IMG/VR virus record: IMGVR_UViG_3300022752_000028
Reading direction: 5' to 3' (one strand)
Source: an uncultured virus (IMG/VR IMGVR_UViG_3300022752_000028)
Lineage: Duplodnaviria > Heunggongvirae > Uroviricota > Caudoviricetes
DNA: 64,000 bases
Shown in pieces: positions 46,811 to 56,792 of the stretch; positions within the stretch are counted from its first letter, which is position 1, and every line of letters starts with the position of its first letter. The notes beneath the pieces are model-generated. The model was not told the origin of the DNA and searched no databases. It worked only from the letters and a program-made list of their open reading frames with translations. The position numbers were made by a program, and so were the translations under genes.

Positions 46811-47931
46811 TGGCATCGAAACCACCAGATTTTAAAGCTTCTGGCATTAGAGTTGAGCGCCTAATTGCATCAGGCAGCACAAAGAAACCGCAGTTACTCA
46901 TCTTTAATGAGACGGCTGCAGGAAATGACGGGATTACAGTTGATACAAACGACTTAAAACTGTCTGGAACAGGATCAGATACGTGGCTCTTCATCTCAGG
47001 AGCTAAAGGCGGTAATGATCGTGTAACATTCGGTGGCGATGTCTACATCTCAGGAAGCCTTTTTGGTGTCTCAATCGGTGGAGCTGGAGCAGGCAACTGG
47101 AATGAGCTTAGCCCGTCACCACGTCTCAATACTACAGCATCTGTTGCAATTGCAGGTGGCCTAGGCACATCTTATGCTGCACAGTCTGCTGGATCTGATG
47201 TCTTTTTCTTTGTGTCGGGAAGCATTGCAGGTAAAGGAACATCAGGAACCGCTGTAATCGGTGGCGATGTTGTCACATCAGGTTCACTCTATGCACTAAA
47301 TGGTAATGCTACAGTTTCTTCTGCAGCAGGATCATCAACCATTACATTGACATCTGCTGGTGGTTCGACAACGCTCACAGAGACAAATAGCGGTAACCTA
47401 GAAATTAGAAATACAACACCTGCTGGACAATTTGTTGCAAGCGTTAAGACGTCAAATGGTGTAACATCAAATTTCTTGGATGTTAGGCCCAATGGTTCTT
47501 TGACAGGCTCTGTTATTTCTATCTTCCCGTCGTCGATCTACACGGGTGCAGCAAATCCATTTAACTCATCTGACACGACATTCTTTGTGGCAGGAAAGAA
47601 TGGAGCCAAGGGCGGAAATACAAGAGGCACTGCAGTCTTCGGCGGCGACACTGTCATCTCAGGATCTGCTTATCTTGGGACTTCAAATACAGATAATCTT
47701 GTAGTCAATGGTCGCCTAGCATCTGACATTATACCCGACGGTAATCGAACAAGAAACTTAGGATCCGATACAGCACGTTTTGCGAATGTCTACACGGGTG
47801 ACTTACACCTCAGAAATGAGCGCGGAGACTACACTCTAATTGAAGAAGAAGATTGCCTCACAATTCGATTCAATAAGACAGGAAAACGTTATAAGTTTGT
47901 GTTAGAAAGAGCACCAGAATACGACGAATAA
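46810..47931 (+). CDS. tail-fibre-like protein
   Basis: FFVSG / FGGDxVxSGS repeats; C-terminal YTGDLHLRNERGDYT. Confidence 0.7.
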   Translation: MASKPPDFKASGIRVERLIASGSTKKPQLLIFNETAAGNDGITVDTNDLKLSGTGSDTWLFISGAKGGNDRVTFGGDVYISGSLFGVSIGGAGAGNWNELSPSPRLNTTASVAIAGGLGTSYAAQSAGSDVFFFVSGSIAGKGTSGTAVIGGDVVTSGSLYALNGNATVSSAAGSSTITLTSAGGSTTLTETNSGNLEIRNTTPAGQFVASVKTSNGVTSNFLDVRPNGSLTGSVISIFPSSIYTGAANPFNSSDTTFFVAGKNGAKGGNTRGTAVFGGDTVISGSAYLGTSNTDNLVVNGRLASDIIPDGNRTRNLGSDTARFANVYTGDLHLRNERGDYTLIEEEDCLTIRFNKTGKRYKFVLERAPEYDE

Positions 47932-47983
47932 AAATAATCTTCGCTCCATCAAGATAATTAGTTGATGGGATTAGGAGTTTCTA

Positions 47984-50536
47984 ATGGCATTTGTTGGTAG
48001 TTTATCAGGTTCAGGTGGAGCAAGTAACACAATAAATGTTACAGGCTCAATGATTATTGCAAATCCTGGGACAGGCGGTTTATTTCCTGCCTTCCCAGGC
48101 ACAGACACAGTCTTCTTCGTCTCAGGCGCAATTGACGGCAAGGCTGCAGGTTCACGAACAGTCTCTGTCTTCGGCGGTGACACAGTAGTTAGCGGTTCGA
48201 TCACAATCGGAACTGGCTCAATTAGGATCGACTCCAACGAGATCAGATTCCAAGGCGGCGCAGCAAAGATCACTAGCGGATCAGGCGGTCTCACATTCTT
48301 CGATAGCGGAAATTCAGGAGGTGTAACACTCACATCTCTTGCAGCAGGTGCGGGCGGCGGAGACGTTGACGGTCCAGTGTCTGCTACAGATAATGCAATT
48401 GCTCGATTTGACGGAACGACTGGAAAGATCATTCAAAATTCTGATCTTACAGTCAGTGACTTAGCAGGTGGAGCAGGTGGAACAGTAAATCTGGATACTA
48501 ACTCAGCCGCGACAGTCAATCTCTTTACAACAAATGCCACGTCTGTTGTAATTGGTAAGTCAGGTGGTAGCACTGTTACAACAAACGGTAACATTAAAGT
48601 GGGCAGCAACATAATACAGGCTGCTGATGGTGCTACAGCTTTAACTCTCACATCAACATCTGGCAATGTTGCTGTTGCTGGAGAGCTTACAGTTACTGGT
48701 AATAACATCAAGTCCAGCACCGGTGCAACGGCAATCACTCTCTCCGGCGGCAACGTTATCATCCCTGGCGATCTCACAGTCCAGGGAACAACTGTAACAG
48801 TTGATGCAACAACACTGACCATTGAAGATCCAGTTATTGGACTCGGATTCACAAGCGGTTCAACGGTAACAACTGCAGGGGACCGCGGCTTTATTGGCGG
48901 AATGGATACGGGTGGCAATGTTGCACTATTCTGGGACAACACAGACAGCACATTCACATCTGTTAGGACTTCAACAGGTGCAGGTAACGATCCAGTTGCC
49001 ATCACATCCTACACTCCATTCAGAGCATCAAGCTTCCAGGTTGGCGGTACACCAGGCTCGGCAGTTGCAGCAGGATCGGCATATCTAAGCAGCTCAGATG
49101 CTTTGAATGTTCTCGTCAATCACACAGCAACAACAACATTCACCAAGGCAGGTACACCCACGGTCCAGATTGGAGATTATCTAGGATCATCTGGTGAAGG
49201 CCAGATCAAGGGTGTAACAACTGCAAATGCACTCTCATCTCTGTGGTTATCAGGCACAGTTGTCAATATAGGTGCACCGTCTGTTTCATTCCGCGTAAAT
49301 GAATCAGAACAAGCAACAATTAGCCCACAAACAGGCGGCGGCGGAGTCAGATTTGAAGCACAGACAGGAGGCGCACCTCGTGCCATGGTCATCTCTGGTA
49401 GCCAGACAACGATCGGTTCAAATAATCGTCTCGTGGTCTTCGAAGGTGCTGGCGTCCCATTCCTAACGGCATCAGTGGGTGGTGGTATAGTTAGTCTGAC
49501 AGCTGGCGCGGCTGTTGGTACTGCAAGCGTATTCAACACTGTTTCAACAACTGTTAATTTCGCTCAAGCAGCAACAACCATCAATATGGGAAATATTGCA
49601 GGAACAAACAACGTTGCAGGTGTGACTAAGTTTACACAGGGGCTCAGTGGTTCACTCACCAAGCTCACAGATGGAACATCCTATCTCGTTGCTGGAACAA
49701 ATATTTCTATTGCAACAGGATCTAACGGCGCAGTCACCATCTCAACAGCGGGCGGCGTCGGCGACGTCACAGGTCCCGGATCTTCAACAGACACAGCAAT
49801 CGCACGCTTCAACGGACTGACTGGTAAGATCATCCAGAATACAACGGGCGTCACCATTGATGCCGTAAACAATGTTGTCACATCTGGATCTTTCCAGACC
49901 AAAGATGGCGGTGGAAACTTAGTTGCAAGAATCAATAATAACGGTGAGATAACAGGATCAAATGCACTGTTTAGCGGCGATCTTGCAGTTAACGGCGGTG
50001 ATATTACAACAATAGCCACCACGTTCAATCTCATTGACGCCACAGCAACGACAGTTAACTTTGCAAGAGCTGCGACGACACTCACGGCTGGTGCATCCGG
50101 TGGTTCAACGACATTCCAGGGCAACTTGACAGGATCAAATGTCCTGGTCAACAACACACTTAATGTTGTACAGAATGCAAATTTTGGTGGTGGATTCAAC
50201 GATACAGGACTTACTATCAGCTCTGCAGGTAACTTGTCAACCAACGGCACGCTCCTGGTTCAAGGTACAACCACTCTAAGCGGCTCAGTCTTCCTCGGTG
50301 ACGCGTCAGGTGACAATCTCACATTCAACGGATACGCAGCATCAAGCCTTATTCCCAATGCAACCAACCAATTCGACCTTGGAACACCTGACCTTCGTTG
50401 GCGCAACATGTACACAGGTGACTTACACTTGAAGAATGAACGCGGCGACTGGACAGTGATCGAGGAAGAAGAATTCCTCACTCTTACCAACAATAAGAGC
50501 GGCAAGCGTTACAAGTTCGTTCTCGAAGAGATCTAG
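47984..50536 (+). CDS. long tail-fibre-like protein
   Basis: G/S/T-rich; two GDVxGP..TDxAIARFxGxTGKIIQN repeats; C-terminal YTGDLHLKNERGDWT. Confidence 0.75.
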   Translation: MAFVGSLSGSGGASNTINVTGSMIIANPGTGGLFPAFPGTDTVFFVSGAIDGKAAGSRTVSVFGGDTVVSGSITIGTGSIRIDSNEIRFQGGAAKITSGSGGLTFFDSGNSGGVTLTSLAAGAGGGDVDGPVSATDNAIARFDGTTGKIIQNSDLTVSDLAGGAGGTVNLDTNSAATVNLFTTNATSVVIGKSGGSTVTTNGNIKVGSNIIQAADGATALTLTSTSGNVAVAGELTVTGNNIKSSTGATAITLSGGNVIIPGDLTVQGTTVTVDATTLTIEDPVIGLGFTSGSTVTTAGDRGFIGGMDTGGNVALFWDNTDSTFTSVRTSTGAGNDPVAITSYTPFRASSFQVGGTPGSAVAAGSAYLSSSDALNVLVNHTATTTFTKAGTPTVQIGDYLGSSGEGQIKGVTTANALSSLWLSGTVVNIGAPSVSFRVNESEQATISPQTGGGGVRFEAQTGGAPRAMVISGSQTTIGSNNRLVVFEGAGVPFLTASVGGGIVSLTAGAAVGTASVFNTVSTTVNFAQAATTINMGNIAGTNNVAGVTKFTQGLSGSLTKLTDGTSYLVAGTNISIATGSNGAVTISTAGGVGDVTGPGSSTDTAIARFNGLTGKIIQNTTGVTIDAVNNVVTSGSFQTKDGGGNLVARINNNGEITGSNALFSGDLAVNGGDITTIATTFNLIDATATTVNFARAATTLTAGASGGSTTFQGNLTGSNVLVNNTLNVVQNANFGGGFNDTGLTISSAGNLSTNGTLLVQGTTTLSGSVFLGDASGDNLTFNGYAASSLIPNATNQFDLGTPDLRWRNMYTGDLHLKNERGDWTVIEEEEFLTLTNNKSGKRYKFVLEEI

Positions 50537-50577
50537 TCTTTTTGAAAATAACTAAACATTTAGTTTAGTTCGAGCCT

Positions 50578-50617
50578 AATATCACTCTCATCTTCACGGT
50601 GGGAGTGATATTTATTT
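50578..50617 (+). terminator. hairpin/terminator overlapping the GATATTTA motif
   Basis: AATATCACTCTCATC / GGTGGGAGTGATATT followed by a T-rich run. Confidence 0.55.
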
Positions 50618-50631
50618 CCAGAGAGTAAAAA

Positions 50632-52539
50632 ATGGCCCTTATAGGAACAATTTCAGGAAGTATTGGGGCTGGTGGAGCCCTGACTTCTACCACAGCAATA
50701 TCAGGGACTCTGGTCATTGCCGACTCACCAGCATCTGTGTTTCCAATGCTGCCCGCAGATGTCAAATTCTTTGTGAGCGGCGTGCAAGGCGCCATCGCTT
50801 CAAGCCTCCCCGGCGTTGCCGTGTTCGGCGGTGACCTCAGGGTATCAGGATCTTCGTACTTCACCGACATTGACGTCACTGGTCACGGTGCTGTGGTTGT
50901 CCAGCCCTATGGAACTTCCGCAGGACAGACAGGCGAGGTGAGGTTCAAGGAACTTGCTGCTAATGGTGGAAATTACACCGCACTCAAGGCAGCTGACAGT
51001 ATCGCGGCAAATCTTTCAATCACACTGCCCAATGCTGCTGGTTCAAACGGCAATGTCCTACAAACTAATGGATCCGGAGTAACTTCGTTCGTCGACGTGA
51101 ACGGCTTAGTGACAGGATCACTCAGCCTAGTCACTATAAACGCTTCATCAAATATCACAGCATCTAACATTCTTGCAAATGGTGACCTTGCAGTTAACGG
51201 TGGAGACATCACCACGTCGGCAGGTACTTTCAACCTGGTGAACGCAACGGCGACAACTGTCAACTTGGGAGGCGGTGCTTCTGCGGTCAACATCGGAGCT
51301 GCAGGAAGCGCAACGACATTTGCTGGAAACTTGACAGGATCGAACGCGTTGCTGAGTGGTGATCTTGCAGTTAACGGTGGTGATATAACATCAACATCAT
51401 CAACTTTTAATCTAGTAACAGGGTCTGTTGCTACACTTAATATCGGCGGATCAGCAACAGCCATTACAATCGGATCAGGATCATCAAACAGCGTAATGAC
51501 GTTAAATGGTGTTATTACAGCAAGTAGCGGCAAGATTGCTCTCACAAATGCGGCCGGAAGCCTTATTAGCTTCCCAGTTGGTGGAGGGGCGTTAGGCGCA
51601 CCCACGTTCACAAACTCATCTATCGGTACACGACTTCTTCTATACCCAAGCATAGGTGCTTCTAGCGCAGATTGGGCAATTGGAATGGAGAACCAAGCCA
51701 TGTGGTTTGGTATCAATGTTGCAACTACGACGCCCCGTTTTAAGTGGTATGCAGGAACAACAGAGATTGCAAGCCTAAGAGGTGATGGCCTGTTCACTGT
51801 AACAGGAAGCTTGGCAACTTCCACGGGCAACATCATCGGAGCGCCTGGGTCCGGCGCGAACGTGATGACTCTGATCTCCAGCGGTAATTTGCTCGCAAAG
51901 ATAGACGCCAATAACGATGGTACAGGTCACAAGTTCGCAGTCCTGGACTATAGAGACATTGAACAGTTCACAGTCTTCGAGGAAGGCAATGCAGCGCTCT
52001 CAGGAAGCCTCGTTGTTAGCGGTAGCTCGATACAGACTGTGACGACTACAACCTACAACCTTCTTACAACAGCACTGACTGGTACACTCAATGTTGGAAC
52101 CCTTGCTAACGCTATCGTAGTTGGTGGAACAGTGACAACAAGCAGCTTCACGGGAGCAATGCAGGTTGACGGAAGGACTACACTCTCATCAGTCACTGAG
52201 AAGCTGGTCCCATCAGTCGGCGGAACAGGAACAGTTGCTTATGATCTCGCAGGCGCTAGCATATTCTATGTTAATGGTCCAACCGGTGCCATCACGGCGA
52301 ACTTCACGAATGTTCCGACAACCCCCAACAGAATTATCACTCCCACAGTCATCATCTCACAGAGCGCGACACCTAGAATAGTCAGCGGGGTCCAAATCGA
52401 TACAGTGGCTCAAACGATCAACTGGGCAAACGGAACCACGCCAACAGGAACAGCTAACAAGCAGGACGTCTTCGGGTTCAGCCTCATCAGGTCAGGATCA
52501 ACTTGGAAAGTCCTCGGCCAGATGAGCACATACGGGTGA
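50632..52539 (+). CDS. tail-fibre-like protein
   Basis: GDLAVNGGDIT repeats shared with 47984. Confidence 0.75.
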   Translation: MALIGTISGSIGAGGALTSTTAISGTLVIADSPASVFPMLPADVKFFVSGVQGAIASSLPGVAVFGGDLRVSGSSYFTDIDVTGHGAVVVQPYGTSAGQTGEVRFKELAANGGNYTALKAADSIAANLSITLPNAAGSNGNVLQTNGSGVTSFVDVNGLVTGSLSLVTINASSNITASNILANGDLAVNGGDITTSAGTFNLVNATATTVNLGGGASAVNIGAAGSATTFAGNLTGSNALLSGDLAVNGGDITSTSSTFNLVTGSVATLNIGGSATAITIGSGSSNSVMTLNGVITASSGKIALTNAAGSLISFPVGGGALGAPTFTNSSIGTRLLLYPSIGASSADWAIGMENQAMWFGINVATTTPRFKWYAGTTEIASLRGDGLFTVTGSLATSTGNIIGAPGSGANVMTLISSGNLLAKIDANNDGTGHKFAVLDYRDIEQFTVFEEGNAALSGSLVVSGSSIQTVTTTTYNLLTTALTGTLNVGTLANAIVVGGTVTTSSFTGAMQVDGRTTLSSVTEKLVPSVGGTGTVAYDLAGASIFYVNGPTGAITANFTNVPTTPNRIITPTVIISQSATPRIVSGVQIDTVAQTINWANGTTPTGTANKQDVFGFSLIRSGSTWKVLGQMSTYG

Positions 52540-52543
52540 TCTG

Positions 52544-53293
52544 ATGTATGGCAGGTTCTCAAATTTTGCAGGACCTATCTCAACCCGCCCTTTCACGAGC
52601 GGTAGCTCAATCGTGTCAACAGGACTCATCCTCAACTACGACATCGGTAATGCGTCCTCCTATCCGGGATCCGGCGCGACTGTCACGGATCTTCAAGCCA
52701 ACAGCAACGCCACCCTCTTCAACACCCCGACATACGCATCCGGCTACCTCACGTTCAACGGCACCAACCAGTACCTCACGACCAACACCAACCTCAACTC
52801 GAAGCTGTCTCCGGCAAACACTTCGACAGTGATTTCCATATTCACCTGGGTCTATCCCATGGACAACGGTGTCATTGTCCAGGAGTTAGGCCAGACGACT
52901 CCAAATTCTGGCTGGCATGATTCGCAGATCGAGATGGTCGCCGGGACAATGAAGTTCTCTGTCTGGAGCAACCAGCCGGGATTTTCATCGACCATATCGA
53001 CCCCGCTGAGTGCCTGGTACTACGCAGGTTTCACGTTCGATGGATCAGTCCTGAGAGGTTATGTCAACGGTGCGCTTGCAGTTACATCCGCCACTATAAC
53101 ACGATCGACTCCCTACAACGATGGTGGCAACCTACCGTTACACTACGCCATCGCACACGCAGACGGAACAAACTTGGGCGACGGAACTTTCTCCAACATG
53201 AGACTCGGAGCCCTCCAGGTCTACAACACAGCACTCTCGGCAGCGCAGGTCTCAGCTAACTTCCAGGCTGATCGCAGCAGGTATGGTGTTTAA
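52544..53293 (+). CDS. LamG/concanavalin A-like lectin-domain protein
   Basis: GLILNYD..SYPGSG, WYY..TFDG..YVNG, VYNTALS. Confidence 0.8.
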   Translation: MYGRFSNFAGPISTRPFTSGSSIVSTGLILNYDIGNASSYPGSGATVTDLQANSNATLFNTPTYASGYLTFNGTNQYLTTNTNLNSKLSPANTSTVISIFTWVYPMDNGVIVQELGQTTPNSGWHDSQIEMVAGTMKFSVWSNQPGFSSTISTPLSAWYYAGFTFDGSVLRGYVNGALAVTSATITRSTPYNDGGNLPLHYAIAHADGTNLGDGTFSNMRLGALQVYNTALSAAQVSANFQADRSRYGV

Positions 53294-53832
53294 TGTACGG
53301 AAGAATTTCAAATTTTGCAGGACCTATCTCCTCATTTCCAGCGCCAACAATCGTCTACTCCGCTGGCCTGTATCGCACGACCTACACGGGCTACTTTGCC
53401 GACGACGTCAACTTCTTCGCAACAGCCACTTCGACTGCCACTCTTGTCCAGACGACAGTCATTGAGGAACCGTCGACCGATGCTGGCTCAAACTTCAGCA
53501 TGCAATGGCTTGGATATTTTCGTCCCACGACAACTGAGACCTACACGTTCTTCCTCTCATCGGACGATGCGTCGTACCTGTGGATCGGAAGCAACGCGCT
53601 CTCTGGATTCACTACAGCAAATGCCACGGTCAATAACGGCGGTCTTCATGGTAACATTGAGACGTCAGGGACATCTGCTCTTACTTCCGGTGTCTATTAT
53701 CCTATAAGAATTCAATACGGAGAGCAGGCCGGCGGGGATGTCCTTACGTTCAACCACTCGACCGCGACGATCACCAAGACAACAAACGTCACGGGTAAAG
53801 TCTTCTACAACCCAGCAACCAATGGATTCTAA
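53293..53832 (+). CDS. PA14 domain protein
   Basis: FSMQWLGYF, YTFFLSSDDASYLWI, YYPIRIQYGE. Confidence 0.85.
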   Translation: MYGRISNFAGPISSFPAPTIVYSAGLYRTTYTGYFADDVNFFATATSTATLVQTTVIEEPSTDAGSNFSMQWLGYFRPTTTETYTFFLSSDDASYLWIGSNALSGFTTANATVNNGGLHGNIETSGTSALTSGVYYPIRIQYGEQAGGDVLTFNHSTATITKTTNVTGKVFYNPATNGF

Positions 53833-54033
53833 ATGATCAAAGAACTTCTAAAAGACGAAGAGGGTCAGTCCACCGTCGAGTACATGCTGCTCATCAGCGT
53901 GATCGTCATTGCCATCGTCGCCGCGGCGTACGTGTTCATAGAGCCGTTCAAGCAGGGTGTCCTTGATCTAGGAAAGGACATCAAGAAGATCCTAAGCGAC
54001 GGCAAGATAGGAAGAGTAGGAACAACTCGTTAA
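53833..54033 (+). CDS. flp: Flp/Fap type IVb pilin
   Basis: KDEEG|QSTVEY prepilin cleavage motif followed by a hydrophobic helix. Confidence 0.88.
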   Translation: MIKELLKDEEGQSTVEYMLLISVIVIAIVAAAYVFIEPFKQGVLDLGKDIKKILSDGKIGRVGTTR

Positions 54034-54063
54034 CTACAACGAGGCCAGAAATACAATCTGTTC

Positions 54064-55941
54064 ATGGAAAAACAGATTATTTTTGTTGCTGATCTCTTCG
54101 CTGAACAGTATGCCGGCGGTGCCGAACTAACTTCAGATGCACTAATTGAATCATCACCCACACTTGTTAAGAAAGTTCATGCAAAGAACTTAACAGTTGA
54201 GTTCTTGCAGCAGCATGTCGACGCTTTCTGGATCTTTGGTAATTTCTCATCCATCAACTGGTCGTTGATTCCAGTTATTGCATCAAATCTCCGTTATGCT
54301 GTGCTTGAGTATGACTACAAGTTCTGCCTCCACCGCTCGATTGAGAAGCACACGCACGAGACAGGACAAGAATGTGACTGTCATAAACGCCAACTAGGGC
54401 AATTGGTCGCAGGATTCTACCAAGCAGCTGATGCGATCTTCTGGATGTCTGAGCAGCAACGCGCTCGATACACAGAGCGTTTTCCAAATCTTCTAGGTCA
54501 CAGGAACTCACACATCCTGAGCTCTGTATTTGACGCACGTTTCTTTGACAAGATCAATCAACTTAAGAGCAAGACTACCGACAGAAGTGGCTGGATGGTT
54601 CTTGGGTCAAAATCTTGGATCAAAGGCTATGAAGACGCTGTGAAGTGGTGCGATGATAATGGAAAGAAGTTCCAGAGCTACTGGGATGTTCCGTATGAGG
54701 AGCTTCTTGACACCATGTCAAGCTCTGAGGGGTTTGTCTACCTTCCTCGAGGTGGTGACACCTGCCCACGAATGGTGATCGAAGCGAAGCTTCTTGGTTG
54801 TGAGGTCGTCACCAACGACAATGTGCAGCATGCAGCAGAAAAATGGTGGAATGCCAACCCAGATGACGTCTGTGATTACTTGAAGGATAGACCTGATGTG
54901 TTTTGGGCGGCCATAAATAATGTGATCCAGCATCAACCGACGCTGTCTGGTTACAGCACAACCTACAATTGCGTCGAACAAAATTATCCTTTTGTTGAGT
55001 CAATTAGTTCTCTACTCGATGTTTGCGACGAAGTAGTTGTAGTTGACAGTGGGTCGACAGATGGTACGTGGGATGTTCTTGCGGCGATGGCACAGGATAA
55101 TTCTAAGCTAAAGATTAAGCAGATTGAAGTTGATTGGGATCATCCACGATTTGCATATAAATCCGACGGAATGCAAAAAGCTGCTGCAAGAGATCTCTGT
55201 ACAGGAGATTTTTGCTGGCAACAAGACGTTGACGAAGTAATCCATGAAAATGACTATGAAAAGATTAGGAATCTTTTAACATCTATTCCAAAGAGTGTCA
55301 ACCTTATCTGCTTGCCTGTTGTGGAATTCTGGGGAAATAAAGGAAAGATTCGCATTGACATTAATCCATGGAAGTGGCGCTTGAGCAGGAATCATCCTGA
55401 GATCACACACGGAATTCCTGCAAGTCTACGCATGTATGATGAGAATGGTGAGCTCTACTCGGCACCAGGTTCAGATAGCTGTGATTATGTGACAAAAAGT
55501 ACAGGTGATCTAGTTCCAAACGTTAACTTTCACACACAGAAGACAGAACAGCTACGCCAAGCTGCAATGAGAGATCCTGATGCAATGCATCGGTACGTCC
55601 AATGGTTTACATCAGTTATCCAAAATTTGCCTAGTGTGTATCACTACTCTTGGTTTGATCTTCCAAGAAAAATTAAGACATATAAGCATCATTGGACAAA
55701 ATTCTGGCAGAGTCTTTATAACAGAAAGCAAGAAGATACAACACAGAATAACATGTTTTTTGATAAGCCCTGGTCACAGGTATCTGATGATGAAATCAAT
55801 GATATAGCAGACCGTCTTGAGAGAGAGATGGGTGGTTGGATCTTCCATAGAAAGATTGACTGGAACAATCCTACACCGAGTGTTACGATTGAAAGCGTAA
55901 CTCATCCAGAAGTTATACAAGACTGGTTAGGTGAAAATTGA
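54064..55941 (+). CDS. two-domain glycosyltransferase (GT-B-like plus GT2-like)
   Basis: PRMVIEAKLLG; VVVDSGSTDGT, QQDVDE. Confidence 0.85.
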   Translation: MEKQIIFVADLFAEQYAGGAELTSDALIESSPTLVKKVHAKNLTVEFLQQHVDAFWIFGNFSSINWSLIPVIASNLRYAVLEYDYKFCLHRSIEKHTHETGQECDCHKRQLGQLVAGFYQAADAIFWMSEQQRARYTERFPNLLGHRNSHILSSVFDARFFDKINQLKSKTTDRSGWMVLGSKSWIKGYEDAVKWCDDNGKKFQSYWDVPYEELLDTMSSSEGFVYLPRGGDTCPRMVIEAKLLGCEVVTNDNVQHAAEKWWNANPDDVCDYLKDRPDVFWAAINNVIQHQPTLSGYSTTYNCVEQNYPFVESISSLLDVCDEVVVVDSGSTDGTWDVLAAMAQDNSKLKIKQIEVDWDHPRFAYKSDGMQKAAARDLCTGDFCWQQDVDEVIHENDYEKIRNLLTSIPKSVNLICLPVVEFWGNKGKIRIDINPWKWRLSRNHPEITHGIPASLRMYDENGELYSAPGSDSCDYVTKSTGDLVPNVNFHTQKTEQLRQAAMRDPDAMHRYVQWFTSVIQNLPSVYHYSWFDLPRKIKTYKHHWTKFWQSLYNRKQEDTTQNNMFFDKPWSQVSDDEINDIADRLEREMGGWIFHRKIDWNNPTPSVTIESVTHPEVIQDWLGEN

Positions 55942-56792
55942 AGATCATAACAAATGATTACGGCTGCGGAACTTCATCTTCTATTTTTGACTACAACATA
56001 AAAGATGTCTGTGTTGTTTCTGAGCAAGATTGGGAAAAAGTTTTTGATCTTAAAGATGACGTCTTTCTTGTTGGTCATGATTTTTTGCTGTATATGTGGG
56101 ATACGCCTGAAAAAATCGCAAGATGGAAAGCATATCCACATGCAAAAATTCTTTGGTGCTTTGAAAGAATTGATGCAATTATGTTACCTTGGATTCAAAA
56201 GAGTCACTTTAGTTTAAAGATGGCAACACAATTCGTCGACGACATTTATGCGTGTGATGAAGATGATTGCAACAAGTATAACTTTAAATGGATGCCTCAA
56301 TGGGCCTCACGAAGATTCTTTGATCAAAGAGAAAGCAAGATAACAAATGATACATTTCTGTTTAGTGGTCAAGCAGGAAAGATAGAGTACGGTCCAAGAA
56401 CTTCGTTGCTGAAGTTTAGCCAAGAAAATAAAGAGCTTTCAAGCAAGATCTTTATTTCAAACATCTCAAGGAATTTTTCATGGGATGACTATATTAGTAA
56501 TTTCCTGTCATACAAGGGAATTTTAAATCCTATTGGAACGTTCAAAGGCTTAAACACGAGATCATATGAAACACTTTACGCAGGAAGAATTCTTCTCCAG
56601 CAGTCATTAGGATCTTATGATCGACACTTTGATTTGCTTAAAGACTGTAAAAATGTAAAGTTTTTTGAAACACATGACGACTTATTGCGTATCATTTCTA
56701 ATGAATCTTTAGAGGCTGTTGATGACCTTGATTTCTTCTCAAAAAATTCATTATTTGAAAGGTTCAATAAGATAGGGATAAAAATTGAGTAA
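55938..56792 (+). CDS. putative GT-B glycosyltransferase
   Basis: FSG..R..LNTRSYE; cluster context. Confidence 0.55.
   Translation: MKIITNDYGCGTSSSIFDYNIKDVCVVSEQDWEKVFDLKDDVFLVGHDFLLYMWDTPEKIARWKAYPHAKILWCFERIDAIMLPWIQKSHFSLKMATQFVDDIYACDEDDCNKYNFKWMPQWASRRFFDQRESKITNDTFLFSGQAGKIEYGPRTSLLKFSQENKELSSKIFISNISRNFSWDDYISNFLSYKGILNPIGTFKGLNTRSYETLYAGRILLQQSLGSYDRHFDLLKDCKNVKFFETHDDLLRIISNESLEAVDDLDFFSKNSLFERFNKIGIKIE

Noticed and set aside
47971..51911. Minus-strand ORFs opposite the fibre genes
   Set aside because: Antisense mirrors of Gly/Ser/Thr-rich coding sequence.
46810..53832. Diversity-generating retroelement acting on fibre genes
   Set aside because: No reverse transcriptase and no template/variable repeat pair differing at adenines was seen.
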